The notes: generated by a model from the letters alone, not told the origin. A stretch of 15,404 bases of DNA from a bacterium (GCA_044869275.1 JBIOXB010000030.1:1-15404), one strand, 5' to 3'; shown: positions 1 through 9,065, numbered from the stretch's first letter. Translations and numbers: made by a program.

Positions 1-7
1 GCATGCC

Positions 8-75
8 GTCATTCCCGCGCAAGCGGGAATCCAGGGAGCACGAGGAACTTGGATTCCCGCTTTCGCGGGAATGAC
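8..75. repeat. REP/dRS3-like palindromic element (GTCAT...ATGAC family)
   Basis: Arms GTCATTCCCGCGCAAGCGGGAATCCA (8-33) and TGGATTCCCGCTTTCGCGGGAATGAC (50-75) are 26-bp inverted repeats with 1 mismatch. Each arm contains ATTCCC-N8-GGGAAT, the Neisseria dRS3 core. Confidence 0.88.
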
Positions 76-150
76 AGGTTTTCATCATGATAGGGTGTCA
101 ATCCGGACATGGCAATTCTTACAGAATCACAATGCCAATGGGGGGCGTTT

Positions 151-1263
151 TCACTTTTGCTCAGGCAAGGGCGGCGGCGCAAGCGTGAACAGCTCTGCCA
201 CCTCCGTGACCTGCTCCGCCGGCAGCCAGTTTGCCATGCCAGGAGCCCAGACCAGCGTGTCGCGCGTGATTTGGGAGGCGGCAATTTTTTCACGCAGCGC
301 GTTCAAATCAAACGGCCCTTGCTGCCGGCCGCCAATGGCGGCATGATAAGCTTTCGCGCCGGGCAGAGGAGGAGGAACGTTCGCCGAGCCTGCACCCGCG
401 TGCGCACTCATGCTTTCCATCATACGCTGCGCCATGCCCAGGCCCGCGCCCAAACCCACACCCACGCCCGCCGCGCCGCCGGAGGGATTTTGTGCGGCCT
501 CGCGCAGCGCTTCGGCGGTTTGATACTTCATATAGGCATCGAGATTGCCCACCACGCCCATGGCGGTGCGGCGATCCAGCACTTCTTCGACTTGGGTGGG
601 CAGCGAAACGTTTTCGATATAAAAATTGAGCAGGTCGATGCCGAACGCGGTGAATTCGTCATTGATACGCGCGCAAATGAATTTGCCGAGCTTGTCATAA
701 TTCCCCGCCAGATCCAGCACGGGAATCTTCATTTCGGCAATGACATCGGCGAAACGCGAGACGATGACGTTGCGCAGCTGCGAAGATATCTCATACACTT
801 CGAATTCGGGATCGGTGGAAACGAGCTGCTGGATGAACGTCTTCGGATCGACGACTTTGATCACATAGGTGCCGTAGGCGCGCAGCCGCACCGCGCCAAA
901 TTCAGCATCGCGCATAACGATGGGATTGCTCGTGCCCCACTTCAAATCCGTGAACTGCTTGGTCTGCACGAAATACACTTCCGCTTTGAAGGGCGAATTG
1001 AAGCCGTATTTCCAGCCGCGCATCGTCGTGAGCACGGGCATATTTTGCGTGCTCAATTCGTACATGCCGGGATTGAACACGTCGGCAATCTGCCCTTCAT
1101 TCACAAACACCGCGGCCTGGCCTTCGCGCACGGTGAGCTTGGCGCCCATTTTGATTTCGTTTTGATAACGCGGAAAACGATAGGCCATCAACTCGCTTTC
1201 TGTGGGCGCCGTCCATGCGATAATATCAATGAACTCGCCGCGAATTTTATCCCATATTGCCAC
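151..1263 (-). CDS. SPFH/band-7 family protein (YdjI-like) with C-terminal GYF_2 (DUF4339)-like domain
   Basis: 370 aa, GTG start with AAGGAG RBS. N-terminus has EIKMGAKLTVREGQAAVFVNEG and KWGTSNPIVMRDAEFGAVRLRAYG, typical of this SPFH subfamily. A Gly-rich GVGVGLGAGLGM linker precedes QQGPFDL...ITRDTLVWAPGMANW (GYF_2 pattern). Confidence 0.9.
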   Translation of the reverse strand: MAIWDKIRGEFIDIIAWTAPTESELMAYRFPRYQNEIKMGAKLTVREGQAAVFVNEGQIADVFNPGMYELSTQNMPVLTTMRGWKYGFNSPFKAEVYFVQTKQFTDLKWGTSNPIVMRDAEFGAVRLRAYGTYVIKVVDPKTFIQQLVSTDPEFEVYEISSQLRNVIVSRFADVIAEMKIPVLDLAGNYDKLGKFICARINDEFTAFGIDLLNFYIENVSLPTQVEEVLDRRTAMGVVGNLDAYMKYQTAEALREAAQNPSGGAAGVGVGLGAGLGMAQRMMESMSAHAGAGSANVPPPLPGAKAYHAAIGGRQQGPFDLNALREKIAASQITRDTLVWAPGMANWLPAEQVTEVAELFTLAPPPLPEQK

Positions 1264-1329
1264 AGCCGGCTCCTTCTGAATTTGAGTATTCCAGTCAGGT
1301 GCAAGTGCACTGCCAAAACATAATCATCA

Positions 1330-1385
1330 AAACAGCAAAAAGCAAAAGGCAATTGGTAAAAGGCAAAAGGCAAAAAGCAAAAAGC
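1330..1385. repeat. Heptamer tandem repeat, consensus AAAA(A/G)GC, 8 units
   Basis: AAACAGC AAAAAGC AAAAGGC AATTGGT AAAAGGC AAAAGGC AAAAAGC AAAAAGC, read directly; intergenic, upstream of the SPFH gene. Confidence 0.85.
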
Positions 1386-1472
1386 AAGGGAGGAGCAGAG
1401 TGGGTTAGAGCGGGAGAGGGGCGCAGGTACCGAAGGCGCGGTTTTTTGGAGTGGGATAAAAGTGAAGCTCAA

Positions 1473-1639
1473 TGTCATCGCAAGGAGCGAAGCGCCGAAA
1501 CGATCCCTTGGTTCCATTGAGGAGATTGTTTCGCTTCGCACGGTGCAAAATTCAGCCAGAAATCTTCTGGCTTTGGAACAGATAACCAAAAAAAATCAGC
1601 AGAGCAGATTCCGTCCCGAAACATCGGGACGGAATGACA
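1473..1639. repeat. Composite GTCAT...ATGAC palindromic element (REP/RPE-like)
   Basis: Begins TGTCATCGCAAGGAGCGAAGCG and ends GGAATGACA. Internal stems: GCGAAGCG..GAAACGATC/GATTGTTTCGCTTCGC, AGCCAGAA/TTCTGGCT (1554-1572), and the 12-bp ATTCCGTCCCGA/TCGGGACGGAAT (1608-1635). Confidence 0.7.
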
Positions 1640-1692
1640 AACGTAGCTGAATAGGAGCGGTGAGTCTTGTTCCGAGTTGGCGTGCCGTATCG

Positions 1693-2883
1693 CTAAAAGC
1701 CGTTCTTGACGGCGAGGCCATTGGGCCCGGCTTTAAGCAACGCCATGCCGCCATTTTGCTGCTTGTGCAATTCGTAAGTCAGCGCTTCCTCCAGCACTTC
1801 GATGGCATCCCGATCGTGCCGGCCTTCCGCCAGATAGTACTGCGCGACAATGTTATTGATTTCGCGGCGCAAAGAAGGGTTCAACAAATTAAGCTGCAGC
1901 ACGATTTGATAGATCTTCAATGCGAACTCGTCCCGGCGGCCGAGCTGCAAGCAGGCTTGCGCCAGCTTGCCGTAATACTTCACTTGCCGGGGATCACGGG
2001 CGATGAGCTTTTCGTAGATGTGCATGGCCTTGCCAAAATTGCCTCGCACAAAATGCAGGCGCGCATGCAGGCCGGGAGAGATGATCAAATATCCCAAGAA
2101 CGGCAGCAGGAAAAGCACGGCAGCCAGCTTGGCGACGTTGAAACCAAGCTGGAAAGATGGTCTCGCCGCAAGTTCGGAACGCTGCGCCGCTTGTAGATTC
2201 TGGTAGGCGCGTGTGCGCAGTGCGTTGACATCTGCAAAGCCGGGCTTCAAGATTTGAATTTTTTCCAGCGTGAGCAGCGCCGCCAGCCAGTCGGCCCGCG
2301 CGATCGCCTTTTCGCCCTCGGCGTAAAGTGAGTCGAGCAGGAGGCTGGACACCGCCGGGATGTGTGCCGCCACGAGCTGCCGGTGCAGCGTGCGTACCGC
2401 GCGCGGCAGCATAAGATTCGCCTCGCGATGGCCGGGATCGAGCTCCAGCACTTTGCGCAAGGCAATGAAAGAAAAGCGCCAATCGCCGCGCGCCTGCGCG
2501 GCAATGGCTTCGGCATAGTAGCTCTCCAGGCGCGCGGCGGCACTTAGGCGTTCCAAGCCTTTGAGCGCTTGGGGCAGCCGCCTTTGCGCCTCACGATGGC
2601 CGGCTTCTGTTTGCAGCACGTGCTCGAAATGCAGCGCTGCTTTCGCCCATTGCCGCGCTCGCAACGCGCGCGTGCCGCTCGCCAATTCGCTGCGCAATTC
2701 CTCCGGTGTCAGTGGCGGCAGCCAGGTCTGTGTAGTGGCAAGAGCTGATGAATCATAGCGGGTAAGGGCGGACGGTGCTGGCTCTGATCTTCCCGGCTGC
2801 TCCTGTGCGGAGGTGTCCTGCAAGGCCAGGCAAGCAATCGCGGCGAGGCTGAGCCAGAAGGAGGTAATCCGTTTTTTTTCCAT
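1693..2883 (-). CDS. Membrane-anchored tetratricopeptide-repeat (TPR) protein
   Basis: 396 aa, ATG with AAGGAG RBS. Signal peptide MEKKRITSFWLSLAAIACLALQDTSA; TPR-like segments (KAALHFEHVLQTEAGH, ALRKVLELDPGHREA, KAMHIYEKLIARDP); internal TM helix LAAVLFLLPFLGYLII. Confidence 0.8.
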   Translation of the reverse strand: MEKKRITSFWLSLAAIACLALQDTSAQEQPGRSEPAPSALTRYDSSALATTQTWLPPLTPEELRSELASGTRALRARQWAKAALHFEHVLQTEAGHREAQRRLPQALKGLERLSAAARLESYYAEAIAAQARGDWRFSFIALRKVLELDPGHREANLMLPRAVRTLHRQLVAAHIPAVSSLLLDSLYAEGEKAIARADWLAALLTLEKIQILKPGFADVNALRTRAYQNLQAAQRSELAARPSFQLGFNVAKLAAVLFLLPFLGYLIISPGLHARLHFVRGNFGKAMHIYEKLIARDPRQVKYYGKLAQACLQLGRRDEFALKIYQIVLQLNLLNPSLRREINNIVAQYYLAEGRHDRDAIEVLEEALTYELHKQQNGGMALLKAGPNGLAVKNGF

Positions 2884-3246
2884 AACATTCTCCTTTGGCC
2901 ATTGGGCAGGAAAGGCGCGCCAGCCGCTTGAAAAGGAAAAGGCATAATCGCGCGTGCTTCGTTGGAGAAGAGAGCCGGCGGGATCATGCCTTCAGCTTAT
3001 AGGTCTTTCACCTACCCGATAAGGCGATTCACAGACTTTAACATTCAAGGGATGATGATGGGCGAACCACAGATGAGGTGGACAAACGAAGCTCTCCGCC
3101 CTGCCGAACAGTTTTCCAAGCGTTCTTGGCGACATCATAGAATACCCATGAAGCAAGCTGAATGCGGAAAGAATCTTAGCTGCAGGAGGATTACTACCTG
3201 GAAAAACGAGGCCGCGCCATCTGCAATTTCGAAAAGCAGGGCCCGG

Positions 3247-3990
3247 TCACTTGGCCGTACTTTTCACCACTTCTTCCAGTTTTTTGCGCAATTCACCCAG
3301 TTCTTTGGATTTAAACGAATTCTTGGTTTTCTCCAGAACCTCAATGGTTTCGACCAGTGCATTGGTCAATACGGCGGGGCGCGGACAGTTCAGCAATTGG
3401 CAAGGCTCCTGATTGGCGCTGCGCGCAGCCAGGGCTTCGGTAATGTTTTTCAAGTCCGCCAGGCAGCCCACGATATTGTGCAAAGTCAGGGTGAGAAAAG
3501 CGAGCGAAGGCTTGAGATCCTGCGCCCGCGGAGCTTCTTGCATCGTTTGCTCGAGGGTGAACAATTGCGTGCGCCAATCGTGCAGGCGTTGTTGCGAATT
3601 CTTGACGGCGCGAAAGGCGCGATGCCGATCGATCGCGGCGCGCACATGCCCCAACAGTTCCGCCAAATCCACGGGCTTGGCGAGATAGGCGGCAACCGGC
3701 AATTGAAACGATTTCAGCGCTGAATGCAAGGAGGGATAGCCCGTCACCAAAATTACGGGCAGGCCCGGGGCTAGGCTCGGGATTTCACGAATCAGCTCCA
3801 GCTCACTATTGCCCGACATTTTGATGTCCGAAATCAGCAAATCGTACGCCTGGAGGCGCAGCAATTCAGCCGCTGATTTAGCCTCGGGGGCGCAATCGCA
3901 TTGATAACCTTCGCGGCGCAACAGATCTGCGGTGGAGAGCAAGAAAGTTTCTTCGTCGTCAACAACTAGTATTCGACCCAGCTCGGCCAT
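3247..3990 (-). CDS. Response regulator: receiver domain plus helical output domain of unknown function
   Basis: 247 aa, GAGGTG RBS. REC motifs ILVVDDE, LLISDIKM (phosphoacceptor Asp), ILVTGY and YLAKP. No HTH, AAA+, GGDEF or EAL domain recognisable. Lies directly downstream of the kinase. Confidence 0.9.
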   Translation of the reverse strand: MAELGRILVVDDEETFLLSTADLLRREGYQCDCAPEAKSAAELLRLQAYDLLISDIKMSGNSELELIREIPSLAPGLPVILVTGYPSLHSALKSFQLPVAAYLAKPVDLAELLGHVRAAIDRHRAFRAVKNSQQRLHDWRTQLFTLEQTMQEAPRAQDLKPSLAFLTLTLHNIVGCLADLKNITEALAARSANQEPCQLLNCPRPAVLTNALVETIEVLEKTKNSFKSKELGELRKKLEEVVKSTAK

Positions 3991-4036
3991 GCGGCACCTC
4001 AGTTGGTTAAAGTGAAGTCTCTAGGAAGATTGCTCG

Positions 4037-4068
4037 AGTTTTGTGATTTAAATTTTGGCATCTGGTAT
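4037..4068. repeat. Degenerate heptamer repeat between kinase and response regulator
   Basis: TTTGTGA TTTAAAT TTTGGCA TCTGGTA shows a 7-nt periodicity; weak. Confidence 0.35.
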
Positions 4069-7000
4069 TCATTCCTCGTCCAGCTGCAGCATAATGCTAA
4101 AAACCGTGCCCCGGCCTGTGCTGCTTTCAAACGTAATGTCGCCTTGCAAGGCTTCCATGATGCTTTTGGAAATGGCCAGGCCGAGGCCGATGCCTGGCGT
4201 CAGCAAACTATCCTTCGTGGTGAAAAACGGCTCGAAAATTTGAGAACGAATCTCTTCCGGTATGCCGCGGCCTTGGTCGGTCACCGCGATCGTCAACTGG
4301 TAGTCGGTGTGAAGAGTGTCCACCGTCACCACCCCTCGCGCCGGTGATGCTTCGATGGCGTTTTGAATGACGTTGTACAAGACCTGGCGCAACAATCCCT
4401 CGGGTTTGGACACGAGAATGGGTGGGCCCGGGGTGTGGGCGCGCAGCGCCACCATGCGCTCACGGGAACTGGTTTGCAGGAGCGAGACCACGTCTTCGAT
4501 CATTTCGTCGACGCGAAAGCTGTGGGTAACCACCGGATCTGGCCGGTACAGGATGAACATTTGGCGCACGATATCGGTGATGCGATCGATCTCTTTTTCG
4601 ATTCTGCCCACGTAGCTAAAATAGCGGTGCGAGGCGGGAATGGCGTCTTTGACCAGCAGGAAGGAGTTTTTGATGCCGGCCAGCGGGTTGTTGATCTCGT
4701 GCGCGATGCGCGCCGCCATGCGTCCGGTGGCGGCCAGCTTTTCGCTTTCCGCGCGCTGCCGCTCCAGTTCCTGGATGCGCTTGGCGCGTTCTTCGACCAG
4801 TTTTTCCAATTGTTCCGTGTATTCGCGGAGTTGTTGTTCCGTCTGTTTGCGCTCGGTAATATCTTCCGCGACGCCGGCGCTGCGATAGACCTGCCCGTTG
4901 CCGTTGCGAATGGGAAAACCGCGATCCCAAATCCAGCGGATGGCGCCGTCGGGGCGCGTAATGCGGTATTCCGTTTCGGATATTTCGCCGCGCCGCTGCC
5001 TGCCCAAATGAGATTTTAAGCGCTCGCGGTCTTCCGGGTAGACCGAGTCGAGAAAAGTGCTGGGATGGAGGAGCAAGCTTTCACAACTGCGGCCCCAGAC
5101 TTTTTCGTATATGGGGCTGACATAAATCAGCCGGTTGGTATCCACGGACTCCATCCACAACACTTCGTTGATGTTTGCCGCAAGTTGATGGAGTCGCTCT
5201 TCGCTTTCCCGCAGCGCCCGTTCCGCGCGTTTGCGCTCTGTAATTTCCAGGGCAAGGGAGACCATGTCGGCAATGGAAGCGACGAAATCTTGTTCTTCAA
5301 TGGTCCACTCGCGCAGGGTTCCGGTGTGTTCGTGGCAGACAACGCCGACGACCTTGCCGCCCAGCCAAACCGGAACGTCCATCATGGAAACGATTCCCCA
5401 AGGCTTCAAATAGCCCTCGCTGAATTCACTGGTGCGAGGATCTTGGCATGCGTCATGGGCAGCAATGAGCGGGCGCGATGCCAGCGCTTCAAAATACCGG
5501 GGATATTGCCCGGCTTCCAAGCGTACACCCTTCTCATGGCGGTTTTCGCTCAAGCTGTAAAGATTCTCGCAAACAATGGCCGAGCGGTCCTCCGTAAAAA
5601 CCCAGAAGCTGACGCGTTCCACTGCGAGCGTTTTTGCATCCAATGCGGTGATTTGATGCAGCGCGGCCTCGAGATCGGAATTATCGCTCTTCGCCAATTC
5701 CAGCAGCGCCGTCTGGTGCGCGATAATGCGCTCGGTGCGTTTACGATTGTCTTCATACAAAGTGCGATAACGTTGCTCGCTCTCCTCCAGCTCTTTGGTG
5801 CGTTCACGCACGCGCTGTTCCAAGCGCTCGTTGAGCTGGTGAATTTCTTCTTGCGCACGCTTGCGTTCGGTAATGTCATGAGAGATGCCCATGAGGTATT
5901 TCGGCTGTCCGTCCGATCCCAGCATTGGCACTTTCCGTGTGTACAACCAGCGGGTGCCGGTGGGGGTTTGGATCGGTTCTTCCGAGATGTCAATGCGCTG
6001 GCCGCTGTTCAGCACCGCGCGATCCTTGTTGGTGAAGAAATCCGCCTGGTCTTTTGGAAAGAAATCATAATCGCTCTTGCCCAGCATGTCTTTCTGCCGC
6101 AAGCCCAGTATCCCTTCGCCGGCATGGTTGAGGCGGACGAAGCTCAATGTGCTTGCCGACTTGACGAAGAGCATGTCCGGTATGTTGTCGATGAGGGAGC
6201 TCAGGAAACTTTGCGATTCTTCCAGTTCGCCGGAGCGCCGGGCCAATTCTACCGTGCGCTCCCGCACGCGGGCTTCCAGGGCGTCGTTGGCCTGGCGCAA
6301 AGCACGCTGTTGTTCCCGCGTTTGAATTTGTCCCAGGCGAAATCGCAAAGCGGCGACACTGCTCAGCACAAAAGCCAGAAAACAAAGTGAATAAAACCAG
6401 GTGGTCTCATAAAAAAAGGGGCGCAAGGAAAGTGCCAGCGAAGCGCCGGCTTCGTTCCACACGCCGTCATTGTTGCAGGCCTTGACGTGAAATTTGTATT
6501 CACCGGGACGAAGATTCGTGTAGTAGGCGATCCGTCGCGCGCCGGCGTCGACCCACTCGTCTTCAAATCCCTCCAATTTATATTTGAAGCGCACCTGCTG
6601 TGGTGAGAGCAAACTCAGGCCGGTATAGTGGAATTCGAAAGCTTTGCTTCCTGGAGTTGCCGCCAAAGCGCGATTTCGCGGCGGCGAAAGGTCGAAAACG
6701 TGGTAATCGACGACGGCCTGTTCGACCTTTACCGGCGGCGGCAGGGGATTGATTTTGAGGTGTTCTGGATCGATCATGGTCACGCCGCGAATGGTGGGAA
6801 ACCAGAGCTTGCCGTCGCGGCCCTTCCATCCCGAGGGCTGACCCAAGGCCCCGTTGCATTCGTTGGTCAGCATGCCGTCGGCCTTGCCGTAAGAGATGGA
6901 AGTGATCGATCTAATCTTGCCCAGGGCGAAATCTTCGAGCTCCTGTTTGGGGACACGAAATATGCCCTTGTTGCAGCTCATCCAAAAATTGCCCTTGCTA

Positions 7001-8697
7001 TCCTGCAAAATCGTAAAGATCAAATTGTCGAACAAGCCCTCTTTCGTGGTGTAGCTCGTGAATTTCCCGTCCTTGAAGCGGCTCAATCCGCCGTTCATGC
7101 CGATCCAGAGCGCGCCGGCCTGGTCTTCACTGATGGCGCGAACCAAATTGCTCGCCAGCCCCTCATGCTTCGTGAAGGAGGTGAATTTGCCGTCTTTCAA
7201 GCGCGTCATGCCGCCGGTGCGCGAGCCAATCCAGAGATTTCCGGCTCTGTCTTCGTAAAGGCAAGTCAGCTCATCGTTCACCAAACCATCCCGGGTCGTG
7301 TAAACCTTGAATTCTCCGTTCTGCATCAGGTTCAAGCCGCGATCGGTGCCGATCCAAAGCTTGCCGGTTTGGTCTTCACAGATGGCGCGCACGAAATCAT
7401 GCGAAAGCCCATCGCGGGTGGTATAGCGCGTGATTCTTCCGTCTTTCATGCGGTGCAAACCGCCGCCTTCGGTGCCGATCCAGAGATTGCCGCTACGATC
7501 TTCGCCCAGCGCGACCACGACATTGGGTGACAGGCCTTCGGGGGTAGAATAGAGGGTAAATTTTCCATCTTTGAATCGGTTGAGCCCTTGATCCGTGCCA
7601 AACCAGAGACTGCCGCTTTTGTCTTCATAGACCGACCACACCATATTGTGCGACAGACCGTGGCTGGTGGAATAGTTGGTGAATTTGCCGTCGCGCAGAC
7701 GATTTAACCCGCCGCCGTAAGTGCCGATCCACAAGCTGCCTTCGCGGTCCGCGCAGATCGCTCTCACGATGTTGTTGGAAAGCCCGTCTTTTGCGGAAAA
7801 AGTTTCGAACTTGCCGTCGCGCCAGCGGCTCAGTCCGCCGCCCTGCGTGCCGATCCATAGCGTGCCGCCGGCGTCTTGACAAAACGCCCGGATGAAGTTG
7901 TGCGCCAGACCGTGTTGTGTGGTATAATGAACAAATTTCCCTTCGCGCAAGCACTGCAACCCGCCAAAGGTGCCAATCCATAAATTGCCGTCGTGATCCT
8001 CTTGCAGCGCCATCACCGCATCATGGGCCAGGCCGTTTTGCGTGTTGAAAGAGGCAAGCCTGCCGTTTTGCAGGCGATACAAACCGCTGCCGTTGGTGCC
8101 GATCCAAAGATGGCCCTGCCGATCTTCGGTCAGCGCGGATACCATTTGCTTGGCAAGCGGATGTTCCGGCGCGTAAAGCAAGGCCTGGCCGTCTTTGAAG
8201 AGATTCAAGCCCTGATTGGTGCCGATCCAGACCTGGCCTTGTTGGTCTCTGTAGATGCTCTTGATGAAATCATTGGACAATCCTTGCTGCGAAGTATAAG
8301 CCGTAAACACGCCGTTTTGCCAGCGCACCAGACCGCCGCCGTTGGTGCCAATCCACAAGCCTCCATCCGGATCTGCGCTCAGCGCCAGGATGTTATTGGA
8401 ACTGAAGGCCTCGGTGTTGCCGGTATGGAATTTGGTGAAACGCACCCCGTCGAAGCGCACCAGGCCTTCTTCGAGTCCGAGCCAGAGATAGCCCTCCTGG
8501 GTCTGCGCCAGCGCTTGTACACTGTTTTGCGGCAGCCCTTCGTCGTCTTGCCAGATTTCAAGGCTATACTGGCTGAGCGACTTGCGAGGATCGAGCGTGA
8601 GCGCCTCGGGGGCCTGGCCGAACAAGTCCATGCCGGCGCAGGCGAGCAGGAGTCCTGCACTGCACGCTGCTTTCTGGCGTAGAGAAATGACCTTCAT
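4069..8697 (-). CDS. Sensor histidine kinase: two-component regulator propeller repeats + Y_Y_Y + TM + PAS + GAF + PAS + HisKA + HATPase_c
   Basis: 1542 aa with an N-terminal signal. 14 GxLWIG-type blades; Y_Y_Y motif FKYKLEGFEDEW...AYYTNLRPGEYKFHVKACNNDGVWN; TM WFYSLCFLAFVLSSVAAL; PAC ends HDITERKR and EDITERKQ; GAF SMMDVPV...VGVVCHEH; H-box AHEINNPL; N-box NVIQNAIEA; G1 DQGRGI; F box FEPFFTTK; G2 GIGLGL. Confidence 0.95.
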   Translation of the reverse strand: MKVISLRQKAACSAGLLLACAGMDLFGQAPEALTLDPRKSLSQYSLEIWQDDEGLPQNSVQALAQTQEGYLWLGLEEGLVRFDGVRFTKFHTGNTEAFSSNNILALSADPDGGLWIGTNGGGLVRWQNGVFTAYTSQQGLSNDFIKSIYRDQQGQVWIGTNQGLNLFKDGQALLYAPEHPLAKQMVSALTEDRQGHLWIGTNGSGLYRLQNGRLASFNTQNGLAHDAVMALQEDHDGNLWIGTFGGLQCLREGKFVHYTTQHGLAHNFIRAFCQDAGGTLWIGTQGGGLSRWRDGKFETFSAKDGLSNNIVRAICADREGSLWIGTYGGGLNRLRDGKFTNYSTSHGLSHNMVWSVYEDKSGSLWFGTDQGLNRFKDGKFTLYSTPEGLSPNVVVALGEDRSGNLWIGTEGGGLHRMKDGRITRYTTRDGLSHDFVRAICEDQTGKLWIGTDRGLNLMQNGEFKVYTTRDGLVNDELTCLYEDRAGNLWIGSRTGGMTRLKDGKFTSFTKHEGLASNLVRAISEDQAGALWIGMNGGLSRFKDGKFTSYTTKEGLFDNLIFTILQDSKGNFWMSCNKGIFRVPKQELEDFALGKIRSITSISYGKADGMLTNECNGALGQPSGWKGRDGKLWFPTIRGVTMIDPEHLKINPLPPPVKVEQAVVDYHVFDLSPPRNRALAATPGSKAFEFHYTGLSLLSPQQVRFKYKLEGFEDEWVDAGARRIAYYTNLRPGEYKFHVKACNNDGVWNEAGASLALSLRPFFYETTWFYSLCFLAFVLSSVAALRFRLGQIQTREQQRALRQANDALEARVRERTVELARRSGELEESQSFLSSLIDNIPDMLFVKSASTLSFVRLNHAGEGILGLRQKDMLGKSDYDFFPKDQADFFTNKDRAVLNSGQRIDISEEPIQTPTGTRWLYTRKVPMLGSDGQPKYLMGISHDITERKRAQEEIHQLNERLEQRVRERTKELEESEQRYRTLYEDNRKRTERIIAHQTALLELAKSDNSDLEAALHQITALDAKTLAVERVSFWVFTEDRSAIVCENLYSLSENRHEKGVRLEAGQYPRYFEALASRPLIAAHDACQDPRTSEFSEGYLKPWGIVSMMDVPVWLGGKVVGVVCHEHTGTLREWTIEEQDFVASIADMVSLALEITERKRAERALRESEERLHQLAANINEVLWMESVDTNRLIYVSPIYEKVWGRSCESLLLHPSTFLDSVYPEDRERLKSHLGRQRRGEISETEYRITRPDGAIRWIWDRGFPIRNGNGQVYRSAGVAEDITERKQTEQQLREYTEQLEKLVEERAKRIQELERQRAESEKLAATGRMAARIAHEINNPLAGIKNSFLLVKDAIPASHRYFSYVGRIEKEIDRITDIVRQMFILYRPDPVVTHSFRVDEMIEDVVSLLQTSSRERMVALRAHTPGPPILVSKPEGLLRQVLYNVIQNAIEASPARGVVTVDTLHTDYQLTIAVTDQGRGIPEEIRSQIFEPFFTTKDSLLTPGIGLGLAISKSIMEALQGDITFESSTGRGTVFSIMLQLDEE

Positions 8698-9037
8698 AAA
8701 TCATCCCTTTTCTCGACCTTCTACCATGCCTTCCGCCGCCGGGCGGAAGGACTAACTATAAAAGTAGTTTCTATGCGATGGGATCGTGTTCTTGTCGTTT
8801 TGACCAGCCGTTGCCGCAGTGACGGCGAAATGGAAAGTGATGAACCTTTTGTTCGCTTCGTGGTGCCGCATAGTGTTGCGGAATGCCCGTGCCTTCCGCA
8901 GGCTGACACGAATCGCGAATAAGGTGGTTCGGGGAGAGAAGAAGAAGCTATTCAAAGTCGCCCGTCCTGCGCTTCGAGTTTTCCGAATTCCTCGTGTGTG
9001 AACCCGGATTTGTGAATGAGGAGGTCCACGCAGCATT

Positions 9038-9065
9038 ATTATACACAATGAAATATAAAAATCAA
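9038..9065 (-). promoter_or_regulatory. Candidate sigma70 promoter for the kinase block
   Basis: Minus strand TTGATT (9065-9060), 16-bp spacer, TATAAT (9043-9038), in an AT-rich patch about 340 bp upstream of the kinase ATG. Confidence 0.45.

Noticed and set aside
109..1323. 404-aa plus-strand ORF
   Set aside because: Antisense shadow of the SPFH gene, expected from GC-rich codon bias.
2884..3246. Intergenic region and the 253-aa plus-strand ORF (2962-3723) as a gene or ncRNA
   Set aside because: The ORF is mostly antisense to the response regulator; I found no clear RNA structure or known motif.
6800..8560. Recurring GTGCCGATCCA-like DNA motif at roughly 125-bp spacing (CRISPR-like periodicity)
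   Set aside because: It encodes the repeated WIGT blade motif of the propeller domain; repeats are short and degenerate, and no cas genes are present.
4363..8682. Plus-strand ORFs of 218, 441, 300 and 229 aa
   Set aside because: All lie antisense to the sensor kinase and show no domain signatures.
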